Below are positions 24,749 through 35,582 of a stretch of DNA of 64,000 nt, one piece after another (the first letter of the stretch is position 1; every line of letters begins with the position of its first letter). Source of the DNA: Setoptus koraiensis (Eukaryota; Animalia; Arthropoda); the NCBI GenBank assembly GCA_048013815.1, contig CM106585.1:16802001-16866000 (forward strand), read 5' to 3'. The notes beneath the pieces are model-generated. The model was not told the DNA's origin and searched no databases. It worked only from the letters and a program-made list of their open reading frames with translations. The position numbers and the translations under genes were made by a program.

Positions 24749-24860
24749 AGTGTCAAACTCGCCAGTGTCAAACTCGCCAGTGTCAAACTCGCCAGTGTCA
24801 AACTGCAAGTGTCAAACTGCAAGTGTCAGACTCGCCAGTGTCAGACTGCAAGTGTCAAAG
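24749..24860 (+). repeat. 15-bp tandem array (TGTCAAACTCGCCAG) with 13-bp variants
   Basis: About seven copies, read directly. Confidence 0.9.
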
Positions 24861-26175
24861 TTTGACACAAACGATCGACGCGTCGCTGGCCCGATGCTGG
24901 CCGTGCCCGACAACGCGACAAACACGCCAACCGGAGACACTCTATCGGCTGGCGAGGGCTCTTTTTGCCGCAATGCGAGCAGCTTTTGCCGCAAAAAATC
25001 GTCGGCCGAGTGCCCGTGCCACAGCGCGCCGGCCACTTGATACCGCGCCCGCGTTTCTTTTGGCCGTCTCCAGTTGAGACTCTCGACTGGCTCCGCGGGC
25101 TCCGCGGGCTCAGCGCGGCCGCACCGACCGTCTCGGCTGTCGCGGTGGCGCATGGCGCCGGGCTTGCTTCGGCTCGCGTCGGCTTTGGATTTGCATTTGG
25201 CGAGCTCTGGCGCCTTTTTGCGGCGTGACAGCCACAAAAAGAAGCTGTCACGCCGAGCGTGTGTGCGTTTTTTGCATATTTGTAGTCGCATTTTTGCTCT
25301 ATTCGCATTTGTATTCGCACTTGTATTCGCACTTGTATTCTGTTCGCATGCCATGGGCTGACACAGACCGTGCCCGACGGTATCCGCTATCAGCCACCAT
25401 CGAGCGCCACGACGGGCAACACATGATATTGCAAATATCATGTTTGACACATCGCACCGAGCCAGCACCGAGACACTTGTGCGAGCCTCGAGTCTTATTG
25501 TCGCATCGTCGACGAGACGATACATCCAGCTGATAACGCATGCGATATGACGCGCATGCGAATGTTGCAACATTTTGCCATTTTGCTGTCTTGCCATTTC
25601 GCTGTCTTGCCATTTTGTCGTCTTGCCATCTTGCAGCGTCTAGCAGCGCTCGCTGATTGTCACTCTGGCGGCGCCACAAGCGACAAGCGGGCCTTTGCGC
25701 CCGTCGCTGTGGCGCGGGCTGCGGCGCGGGCTGTGGAGCGGGCTGTGGTGCGGGCGTCCGCCGGAGCGCGCCGCACTGACAGGTGGTGCCAGTGAGTCCG
25801 ACCGCTGGTCAGGCCCGGACTGCAGGCGCGCAGTGGGCAGTGGACAGCGGGCAGCGGGCAGTGTGGAGCCATCACAGACTCGGTGCCGCAGAGTCTCGCC
25901 GAGCAGTCAGCACGGACACTGGCGGGCGGCGGTCGGACGGCCCGTATCTCGGCGGGCGGCCCGCTCCTCGGCCTGTTTTGGGCTGGGCCGGCCCGTTTTC
26001 GGAGCCGGCCGAGCAACGGGCCGCGCTGCGGCAAGACGCGGGCAGGTCGCGGGCGGGCCGGAGAGCGGTCTGGTGGCGCGCATGACGACGCAAGTTGGCG
26101 ATTGCAAGTTGGCTAGTGCAAGTTGCGAAAAAGTGCATCGTAGCCAACAGTTGGCTGGGCAACAGTTGGCTGCCG

Positions 26176-26242
26176 CGACTCGCAACTTGCGACTCACAAC
26201 TTGCGACTCACAACTTGCGACTCGCAACTTGCGACTCGCAAG
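26176..26242 (+). repeat. 14-bp tandem array (TTGCGACTCRCAAC)
   Basis: About four to five copies. Confidence 0.9.
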
Positions 26243-27336
26243 TGAGCCCTCCAGCGACCCAACAAGTGAGTCGCTGGTGGGCCTGGCCTAGCGCCGGCTG
26301 GCAAGCCAACTGGCAAGCTAGCTGGCTGGCAAGCCAGCAAACAATGATGAGAGAGAGAGTCTCGCAATGTGCAACAGCGACAAACAACGGCACACAACAA
26401 GTTGTTGTTTGAAATGGTTTGACTCAATTATTGTGTGTGCTGTTGCCTATTGCCGATCATCATGTTTCACTGTTTTGGTTAGCTGCTCGGTGCGGCGCCG
26501 GCTGAGCCAGCAGCCTGCAGCGGCAGTGTATTATTATGTAACAGCGGCGGCGGCGGTGGCGATGATGGCGGCAGTTGCATCGGCGGTTGTTGTTGTTAGC
26601 GAGCACTGCTCCCACAGCGCGGCGGGCATGCGAGTCGGGCGAGCTGAAATAGGCATCGGGCGGCCGAAATAGACGAGTCGGGCATACGACGAGTCGGGCA
26701 AACTCACATAAGAGTCGGGCAAACTCTCATGCGAGTCGGCCAGCTAAAACTAGGGACGCCAGCTAATGGTTGAATCGGGAAAAAAGTTGAACCGTATTGT
26801 TTTGTCTCTGCCTCGCCAGCGAGTCTCGGCGCTGCTGATGTTCGGGCTGATAGCTGTCGCAGCAGCGTCTGACAGTGTCTGATAATGTAGGCTGAACCGT
26901 TGGCCAGCCGCACAACAGCAACAGCAAGTCAAGTGAGCAAGTCACGGCGACTCGCCAGCATCCAAATCAAATTGTTGATATATTGTTATTATCGCCAGCG
27001 AGCGCATTTGCACATTTCGCCCGCCGCCAGAATCGCCTCGCCGCACCGCTCGTCCGCTCTCATCGCCGCTCCGATCGCCGCTCGTCCGCATTAATCGCAA
27101 GTTGCAGCGTCTGAAGCATCGCCGTCAAGAATCGTCTAGTCGCACCGTCAAGAATCGCCGAGAATCCGCTGACCGTCCGCCGTCAAGCCGCCCAAATCCA
27201 ATGATACAAGCGCAGTGCAGATACCAGCAAACAACAGCAAGTCCGACAATCTAGGCCACCGAGCCACCGCAAGCCAGCAGCCAGAGAGCGGCCCCAGCAG
27301 CCAGAAACAGCAGCCCCGCCGACAGAGCGGCCCGAC

Positions 27337-28325
27337 ATGGACATCATCGGCCAGTTCAAGGGGGTCAAGGGCTTCATAAAGCCCCAGACCTGCATTATCG
27401 ACAATCACGTATTTCGGCTCCACTACCGGGCCTCGTCGCTGTTGCTGCTCATATTCAGCGCGCTCGTCACGGCCCGACAATATTTTGGCGATCCCATCGA
27501 TTGCATATCCAAAGACGACATTCCGTCCGAGCTGCTGGACACCTTCTGCTGGATTCACACCACCTTCAGCCTGGAAAGTGCCTGGAACAAGACGGTGGGC
27601 ACTGAGGTGCCCTACCCGGGCGTAGACAAATACACGCCCGGCGAGAAGCGCGTCTATCACGCCTACTATCAGTGGGTCTGTTTTGTGCTATTCTTTCAGG
27701 CCATTCTGTTCTACATACCCCATTATGTTTGGAAGGCCGTCGAGGCGGGCCGCATCAAGGCCATTAGGTCGTCGCTGTCGGAACCCATTCAAAAAGACAG
27801 CGAAAAACGCGAACAAAAACAATTGCTTGTGACATATTTAGACAACAGCAAAACGCACCATACGGGCCCATTTTATTGTTATGTAACATGCGAGATATTT
27901 AATTTAGTTAATGTTATCTCGCAGATGCTCATGATGGACAAATTTCTTGGGGGCCAATTTTCAACGTACGGCTGGCAAGTGTTACAATTCACCGAATGGG
28001 ATTGGTCAGTTCGTTATGATCCCATGATCAAGGTATTTCCGCGCCTAACAAAGTGTACCTTTCATCGGTACGGATCATCGGGCGACGTACAGAGGCACGA
28101 CGCAATGTGCATATTGCCCATTAATATCATCAATGAAAAAATCTATATTTTCCTATGGTTCTGGTTCTATTTTTTGGCCGTTATAAGCCTATTGACACTA
28201 GTGTACAGATTCACCACCATAGCCTCATCAAGAGTTAGAGCTCACCTGTTGCATCAGCGAGCCATGTCGTTGGCGGACAGAAAGGACATTGACACTATTG
28301 TTAGAGAGACAGACATTGGTGATTG
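27337..28325 (+). CDS. Innexin (gap-junction protein, inx2/ogre-like), exon 1 of 2
   Basis: IDNHVFRLHY, QYFGDPIDC, YYQWV, FPRLTKCTFHRYG and CILPINIINEKIYIFLWFWF are innexin motifs. Ends GAT TG|GTGAGT (phase-2 donor at 28326). Confidence 0.95.
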
Positions 28326-28448
28326 GTGAGTACCTGTTGAATATATTAAACTATTATATTTCAGTTTGTCATCGCTACACAATCGCGCAAGATCCACACA
28401 CAGTTTGTGGCACAATTTGTGTGACGCGAACATCAGTTATCCGATCCC

Positions 28449-28510
28449 TAGTTTTTAGTCACTAAATTTAGTACGAAATTTTAGTACGAAATTTTAGTGG
28501 CTCAAAACTA
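28449..28510. repeat. Imperfect 18-bp inverted repeat enclosing TTTAGTACGAAA direct repeats
   Basis: TAGTTTTTAGTCACTAAA (28449-28466) pairs with TTTAGTGGCTCAAAACTA (28493-28510), 2 mismatches. Confidence 0.7.
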
Positions 28511-28589
28511 AAGCGCGCCTAGTCGAGTCGACCCTTCGGCCTCCTTGGCCGATCGTTCGAGCCGCATAAATGCGGCCAGTTTCGCTACG

Positions 28590-28730
28590 AAATGCGCTCG
28601 CTCGAGCCGGAAAAAACGCTCGCTCTAGCCGAAAAATGCGCTCATCTAGTCGGAAAAATGCGCTCGCTCGAGCCGGAAAAAACGCTCGCTCGAGCCGGAA
28701 AAAACGCTCATCTAGTCGAAAAATACGCTC
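28590..28730 (+). repeat. Degenerate ~21-23-bp tandem repeat, about 6 copies
   Basis: Unit approximately AAATGCGCTCGCTCGAGCCGGAA, read directly from the sequence. Confidence 0.85.
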
Positions 28731-28931
28731 CGACTGAACGCCCGAATGCGGTTAGTCCCGCTGCAAATACAGTGGCCGAACGTGTGCCAATAAGGCCGCA
28801 CTAAACGATATTGCGGCCTTGATGTGGGCGCGTCCAAACCATTGGGCCGCCATAACAGTGATCAGATTAACCAATTGTTATGTCATGATTGCAATTGTTT
28901 TTGCGGTCGCCAACAATATCGGTCGCCACAC

Positions 28932-28966
28932 ATATGTTATAGACAACATATGTGTCTATAACATAT
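28932..28966. repeat. Near-perfect 35-bp AT-rich palindrome
   Basis: ATATGTTATAGACA pairs with TGTCTATAACATAT (14 bp) around ACATATG. Confidence 0.8.
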
Positions 28967-29762
28967 ATGTAGAGAATACGAAATTTTACATATAATTAAA
29001 TGTCGCGCTTTGCAGCAGCAGCAGCAGACGTAGAGGATAATATCTCGCTTGATTCACGAGTAATCAGCGATAATCAGCGATAATAAATGATCTCGATTGA
29101 AGGGCCGAAAACGGAAACACGCGATTGACACATGACCCACCGGCCTGACTTATGACACACAGCAATGTAACGTGACACATGCCGAGCTTACAGCGATTGC
29201 GAAACTCTTAGCTGGTTGCGCCCATGGGTCCTCTGGACGTTCGCTCGTTGACGTTCTTAGAGAATTTTTATCTGCGTCACGAATCTGGCAGCAGCGTTTC
29301 AAATCTTTGACAAGATATCTCTGCGAAATCTGTGCGAAAATCAGATGTGTGATGATTCGCGAAAACAGAAACAAGTGACGCCGAAATGTTGTTGTTTGCT
29401 TCGCTGGCTCGACGGGCTTCTCCGGCAATTCAGTCCATTGGCCCAGTGCAATGTTGTCACATTATGCTGTGTGTTATTAAATATTTTGCACCAAATATTT
29501 CAGCAATTTTTGTGTAGCGTGTGCACTTGAGTTTCAATGTCAGCCTATCGCATCAGATGATCAGTTTGCTGCCGCTGATCATACGCCGCTCGAGTTGGCT
29601 AATGGGCGATAATACATTTATCGGCCCATCCAGCTAGGCGAGCGTGTATATATATGCTGATTCTGCACGCCTGGAACTAGAGCAATCTGTCACAGAGAGC
29701 CATTGATAGTTTCAGAAATCACAGCGAGCCGCAATAGCAGAGAGCGGCCTTGAGTTGCAACC

Positions 29763-30060
29763 ATCCGAAAACTTTTGAAAGCGTCAGAAAGCGTCAGAAA
29801 ACGTCCGAAATCACCCGAAATCATCCGAAATAATCTGAAATCACCCGAAATCGTCAGTTGAGTCATTTGTGAGTCGTCGGTCAATTAGCGCGTCAGTCGT
29901 CAGTGCTAATTGGTCGCTTAATCGAGCGCAACCGCGCGAAATCCGGCGAGAGCAAGCGAAAGCAGCGAAATCCAACGAAAGAAGCGAAATCAAACGAAAG
30001 CAAGCGAACGCAGCGAAACCCAACCAAAGCAGCGAAACCCAGCGAAAGCAAGCGAAATAA
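29763..30060 (+). repeat. Two 10-bp arrays (CCGAAATCAY; AGCGAAAGCA-like) upstream of the maltase ATG
   Basis: Read directly at 29763-29852 and 29945-30060. Confidence 0.8.
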
Positions 30061-30095
30061 AGTCGACAAGTGTCAGCCAGCAACAGCGAAGCAAG

Positions 30096-31988
30096 ATGAG
30101 GACGCGCCAATCTCTAGCCGCGCTCGCGGTCGCCCTGGCGTTCGGCTGCCTGCTCGCGGCCGGCCCGTGCTCGGCCCTGCCGGACCTGGCCACGGACCCG
30201 GCGCTAAAGCTGGACCACGTGAAGCTGAGCGACGCGGCCCGGCAAGAACTGGAACAGATCGAGTGGTGGAAAAAGACAAACTTTTATCACATATACGTGA
30301 GGAGTTTCAAAGACACCAACGGCAACGGCCAGGGCGACCTGAGGGGCATCATCGAGCAGTTGGACTATCTCAAGATGATAGGCGTCGAGACGCTGCTCAT
30401 GTCGCCATTTTACAAGTCGCCCATGCGGGACGCCGGTTACGACATTAGCGACTACGAGGACATAAACGAGCTGTACGGCAACATGTCCGACTTTGAGGAG
30501 CTGGTGGCGGGCGTGCACGGGCGCCAAATGAAACTTGTTGTGGATTTTGTGCCGAACCATTCCTCGAATTTGCACAAGTGGTTCAATTACAGCGAACGGG
30601 CCCTGTTAGAGCCAGAGAAATACGGCAAATACAAGGATTATTACATGTGGTCCAATTCTACCCGTTTTCACGATCCAAAATACGGCGGCCGGCCAACAAA
30701 TTGGATATCGTTGTTCGGTGGCGAGACGGCGTGGCGTTGGTCGCCCGTTCGCAAAGAGTTTTATTTGCATCAATTTTTGCCCGAGCAGCCCGATTTAAAT
30801 TTGCGCTGTGAGCATGTTCGCGAAGAATTCAAAGAGATAGCGCGATTTTGGTTGCGCAAGGGCGTAGACGGATTGCGGGTCGATGCGGTGTTGCACTTTT
30901 TGGAGGACGCGCAAATGCGCGACGAACCCCAAGATCCCGACTGGCAGCCCTGGTGGAACCCGTACGACAGGTTGTTGCACATATTCATACGGTCGCTAAA
31001 GGAGAGCGCTAGCGTTGTGAAAGACTGGCGCCTGGTGGCTGACGAGCCCGAATTCGGGGGCAACCGAATCATCATAACGGAAGCGTACGATCCCATACCG
31101 TCCATACTGAATTATTACGGGCCCAGCCAGCATGACAAGTACGCCGATATGCCGTTCAATTTTGAGCTGATGGCGTTGCGTCACAACAAGACATTGCGAC
31201 CCGATCAAGTGGTTCAGACCATCATGAACTGGATGAATGCCACAGAGGAAATGGGCTGGCACAAGGAACACGAAGCGGTGATGCCGTGGACCTGTTGGGT
31301 GACGGGCAATCACGACAACATGCGCCTGGTGAACAGAATTGGCCACCAGAATGTCGATTCGTTCATGTGGCTAGTGTATATGCTGCCCGGGGCCCCCGTC
31401 ACTTATTATGGCGACGAAATAGCGTTGCACGACATTGATTTCAACAAGATACCCGCCAAGACACTGCAAGAGGGCGAACCTACCCGACTGATATTCCGCG
31501 CTCCCATGGCTTGGGACTGGTCACAACCGTCGGGCGGCTTCTCAAAATCGGCCGATCTGTGGCTTCCTATGAACACAAACTATCAACACAACAACGTTAT
31601 GTCGCAACTCAGCACGCCCGGCAAGACAAATCTGAAAAATTTCATTAGGGGCGCCAAGTTGCGTCAGACATATTTGCATACGCTTGTGTTTGGCGATTAC
31701 ACATTTTACAGGAATCAAAAGCGCACATCGGCCATCTTTTCCATGGCTCGCCTGTCAGACAAATCGCCCAGTCTCATGCTACTGATCAATTACGACGATT
31801 ATTTCACCGAACCGGTGCGCCTCGAGCCCGCTCAGCTCACCAGCGTGCGCCAGTATCCGGTGCCCAAGCGCGGCAAGGTGCTCATGGTGAATTACGACGC
31901 GGGCAGCGTCAAAGAGGGCCAACTGGTCGAACTGGACGGCCTCGTGCTGGAGCCCAACCAGGCGGTCGTGCTCGAGCTGGAGAAGTAA
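30096..31988 (+). CDS. Secreted alpha-glucosidase/maltase (GH13), intronless, 630 aa, nested in the innexin intron
   Basis: Signal peptide; WWKKTNFYHIYVRSFKD, DFVPNH, LHQFLPEQPDLN; catalytic-type residues present in GLRVDAV (Asp), IITEAY (Glu) and GNHD (Asp); YYGDEI. Confidence 0.95.
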   Translation: MRTRQSLAALAVALAFGCLLAAGPCSALPDLATDPALKLDHVKLSDAARQELEQIEWWKKTNFYHIYVRSFKDTNGNGQGDLRGIIEQLDYLKMIGVETLLMSPFYKSPMRDAGYDISDYEDINELYGNMSDFEELVAGVHGRQMKLVVDFVPNHSSNLHKWFNYSERALLEPEKYGKYKDYYMWSNSTRFHDPKYGGRPTNWISLFGGETAWRWSPVRKEFYLHQFLPEQPDLNLRCEHVREEFKEIARFWLRKGVDGLRVDAVLHFLEDAQMRDEPQDPDWQPWWNPYDRLLHIFIRSLKESASVVKDWRLVADEPEFGGNRIIITEAYDPIPSILNYYGPSQHDKYADMPFNFELMALRHNKTLRPDQVVQTIMNWMNATEEMGWHKEHEAVMPWTCWVTGNHDNMRLVNRIGHQNVDSFMWLVYMLPGAPVTYYGDEIALHDIDFNKIPAKTLQEGEPTRLIFRAPMAWDWSQPSGGFSKSADLWLPMNTNYQHNNVMSQLSTPGKTNLKNFIRGAKLRQTYLHTLVFGDYTFYRNQKRTSAIFSMARLSDKSPSLMLLINYDDYFTEPVRLEPAQLTSVRQYPVPKRGKVLMVNYDAGSVKEGQLVELDGLVLEPNQAVVLELEK

Positions 31989-32468
31989 CACTATATATAG
32001 CATAGCATCATATATAAAATTATACACATAACATTACATAACATTACATAACATTACATAGCGCAGCACAACAATAATAATCACCGATATTGCACAAAAC
32101 AAACCCGTTCCGTCGGCCCGCCGGACAAATTAATCAGCGTGTGCACTTGGTGCGTCGGCAAAAACCGGCCACCGCCGGCCATGTGCTGGCCGCAAGCTCG
32201 CCAGCTCGCCAACTCGAATCGTGAGGGTTGATTGAACCCTCGCCAGACACATGTTTGTTTGCCGACATTTTTTCTGTTCGCTGCGAATCGTTTGGTTACT
32301 GCTCGTGAATCGGTTGTGCGAACAACAGCAACTACCCACCGATTCGCAGCCAACAGCGCGTCGAACGGGCACCGTTTCCCATAGTGCACACAATACCGAT
32401 CGGCGTGATGCTGCCGACTCGGTGTCGCGAACAACCGCCGCCGCAACCGTTTGTTGCGTCAGTTCGAA

Positions 32469-32503
<35 letters not shown>

Positions 32504-34770
32504 TGTGCGGTTGCCGGTCATTCGACGTTCGGCGTTCGACAGGTGAGCGCTGCCTCTGATGCTCATCGACAATGTATTTGCATCTCTGTGCGCTCATACC
32601 GTGGCATATGTGGTTATATGTGCCTCTATCCCATCTTCTACATCGTATTGTGAGCCAACAAGTGCACTGGGCCCACACTTCAACTCAACGGCGCCGGCTC
32701 ATCAGTGGCTAGGTGACGCCATTGCCAGTTACTCGGCGGCTCGAGCCACCGATTGGCCCCGGCCGGCCGATGGGCGAAACAATGTCGACAAGAACAATGG
32801 ACAACCCAAGCAACGGTTGCCAGGTTACGTAAGGTTGCTGTGTAAAAGACAAAACTTTGCTTTCGCCAACTGCAGCCAACAGGTAATTTGGCAAATTGAG
32901 CTTATCAAGCCCGACGTAAAGTGGCGCTCTGTTGTCCATTGTGCCATGCTCACAATCAACATGGGCCGCTGCATTTTGTAGCGCCATTTCATGTAGCGAA
33001 AATCAGTGCTGAAATCAAAGTTCATTATCGCTCCTCCCAATTACTATTATTTGTTATTGTTGCGCAATGTTGTTGTTGTTGTTGCACACATTTAAAATAT
33101 CCATGTTGACCTATCGGGACATGATGCCATCACACGGCATTGCATCTAATCTGATGAACGTTATGTCCGCCCGGCCCCACTTGTTATGCGCTGTTGTGTT
33201 CTGGCTCGACACTCTCTTCTATATTGTGTTTGCTCCAAACAAGAGACTCTACGCCATGCAGTCGCTATACTAGAGAGAGTTTGATTGCGTCACCATGACG
33301 CTATTGTTGTTCATTGTCTATTGTAAACACTCACTTACACAATGCTGTTCATATGATACACGACGACAACGGCGACGACGACGACGACGAAGATGACTTG
33401 TTGTGAGAGTTCGAGAAACAAAATATCTCAATCGAGCCAATACGGCACAACAATGATACTCATGTAGCAGTGGTATGGTTGTTGTTGTTGCTCAAGTCGC
33501 TGGCTCTCTTCGGTTTCTTTCGCACTCATCAACAAGTCCAACAACTTGATCTAATCATCAGATAGTGGCAACAAAAGTTGTTGCTATCGTCATTTCATGT
33601 TGTCAACAATGATAATAATAATAACTAAAAGATACAAAGTCGACAAAAATAATTTGCTCTCTGTGTCTCTGGGACTGTTGCGTAATTTCACTTTTAGAAC
33701 TCCATAATAGCAACAACTGTTGAGCAGCAGCAGCAGGACAACTTTTGGTCGTTTGCTCGCCTGGAGACCCTGTGACCACCATAAAAAGTCGCTCACTCTC
33801 TTGTTGATGGCTCCAAGAAGCCATTGCCGCATTCTGAGAATAGCCGGCCAAGTGAAGTGGAGATACTTTATTTAGCTCACTTCTTTCTGGCCTGATGCAG
33901 TGCACTTTTGTAGGCACTGGCATACAGGGCATCTGTGCACCGGCAGCCAGTTTCAAAATAGATAAAATTTACCTGTTGTTGTTAGTTAGTCAGTTTCAAT
34001 TGGAGCAAGCCAAACGCTTTCTTGTTGCAGCAACTGTTGTTGTTGTAGGATACATAAATTTTTGACTAATAGTCTCTCAGTAGTCAAACGGTGTTAAGAT
34101 GTCCGCTACTGGGAACCGTCGTCGCAGTTGCCATCGTGATTCACTCGGCTCATATCAAACTACACATACACATACACACAGATTTGTTGTTGGCCACTGG
34201 CAACCAATTAAGACGATAATAATAATATAAATCTATCTAGCTGGTGTAGTCGCTCATTTTGGTGACAAGACAACCACCAATCGCAACAACAGCCAGTCAA
34301 CAACTGCTGCCTCTGCTTCACCAACAACAGCCAACAACAGCCAACAACAGCCAACGACAGTAACAACTCAACAATTAAACTATTACTCACAAGTCAGTCG
34401 ATAATACTGACGCATTACTCTCTATAAGCTAGCCAACATTTTGTCAGACAACATTTTGTCTGTGAGCTGCATGCCAAAACTCGTCGCTACTGGTGGTTTA
34501 TGGTTGTTGCTCGTATGTGACTCTCACTGTAATCTTGTCGCAGTGTGACTTTCTCGAGACGATAATGATCTTTTTAACTGATATCTGACTGACGGCTGCT
34601 GAAACTGTTTGTGTTTGTGAAACTGCTCATGTTTCACTTGTACCTAGACCAATACTTGCTGCCCATGTCCATGAGCCTTGTAGCCAAGTGATTCTTCAGC
34701 AAGACTCATTGATCGACACGGCTTGTTGTCGCGATTGGCTCGCGATGGACAGACAAGAAGCATGAGATGA

Positions 34771-34805
34771 TTTCCACAATTGATCAGTTAGATCAATTGT
34801 GGAAA
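34771..34805. other. Perfect 15-bp hairpin, extendable to ~34763..34812
   Basis: TTTCCACAATTGATC-AGTTA-GATCAATTGTGGAAA; outer TGAGATG/CTTCTCA pairs with one mismatch. Confidence 0.7.
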
Positions 34806-34837
34806 CTTCTCAAGTGATCAGCCAATATCTATCAGAG

Positions 34838-34854
34838 GTGGGTCATTGACCCAC
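34838..34854. promoter_or_regulatory. Perfect IR-1 nuclear-receptor element (EcR/USP-RXR type)
   Basis: GTGGGTCA-T-TGACCCAC. The core GGGTCA n TGACCC matches the RGGTCA-n-TGACCY IR-1 consensus. Function not shown. Confidence 0.5.
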
Positions 34855-35184
34855 ACAAACCGGACCCGCCAACTGAGTGTCGTTAGGCCGAGCATCGCGC
34901 CAATTTGGGCCCGCTCGTGCAGACCAAAATTGCAAGTCACCCAAAAGTTTGTTGTAACAGTTAATTACCTAATCAGACCAAATGTAATATCTAATCTCAA
35001 CAGTTGACCAACAACAAAATACAGGATACACAACCGTCGTGTCACAACAAAACAAACATTTTTTTTTTTTTATCTTTGAATTTGGCGCCCCCAGCCGCAG
35101 CCTTTCTCATAAATGATCTCTGACACTTGCGTCCAATGAGCACAATCCCCATGCGCTCGTCATTGCGAAGCCTTGATATCAGTA

Positions 35185-35582
35185 CAGGGTGTTTACGTGG
35201 AAACGTCGACAACACATTACCAAGCCTACGGTGTCCCACTCTGTTTTTGGTAGTCTCAGATTTTTCCTGTAGGGTTCTCGTCGCCGACAGATGCACCTGA
35301 TTTGAAATATAATAGCGCCCTCTATCAGCCGTATCGAACTAAACTTGGTGTAACTATTCGAGTGAGCACACAAAATAGCTCAAACACAATTCAGGTACAA
35401 GTTGTGCATTGCTGGCACAAATCAATGCACCAGTTTCCGCAATATATTATGCGTTACTACGCATGCACGTTGGATCTGCAAGCACAAAACTCACAATTGT
35501 GCTGCACAATTTAGTACCAGTGCACTGTAGAGGTCAGTGTGGAACATTCCAGTATGGTCGACACTTCCACGTAAAAACCCTA
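35185..35582. mobile_element. Degenerate non-autonomous Tc1/mariner-like element (MITE), 398 bp
   Basis: 31-bp terminal inverted repeats with 25/31 identity (CAGGGTGTTTACGTGGAAACGTCGAC.. vs ..GTCGACACTTCCACGTAAAAACCCTA), flanked by TA on both sides (35183-35184 and 35583-35584). Confidence 0.65.

Noticed and set aside
4221-29852. Short repeat arrays as possible CRISPR arrays
   Set aside because: Repeats are directly adjacent with no unique spacers, no cas genes are present, and the context is eukaryotic.
33400-33970. Minus-strand ORF fragments in the innexin intron (e.g. 33603..33956)
   Set aside because: Could not be joined into a coherent spliced model and no domain was recognised.
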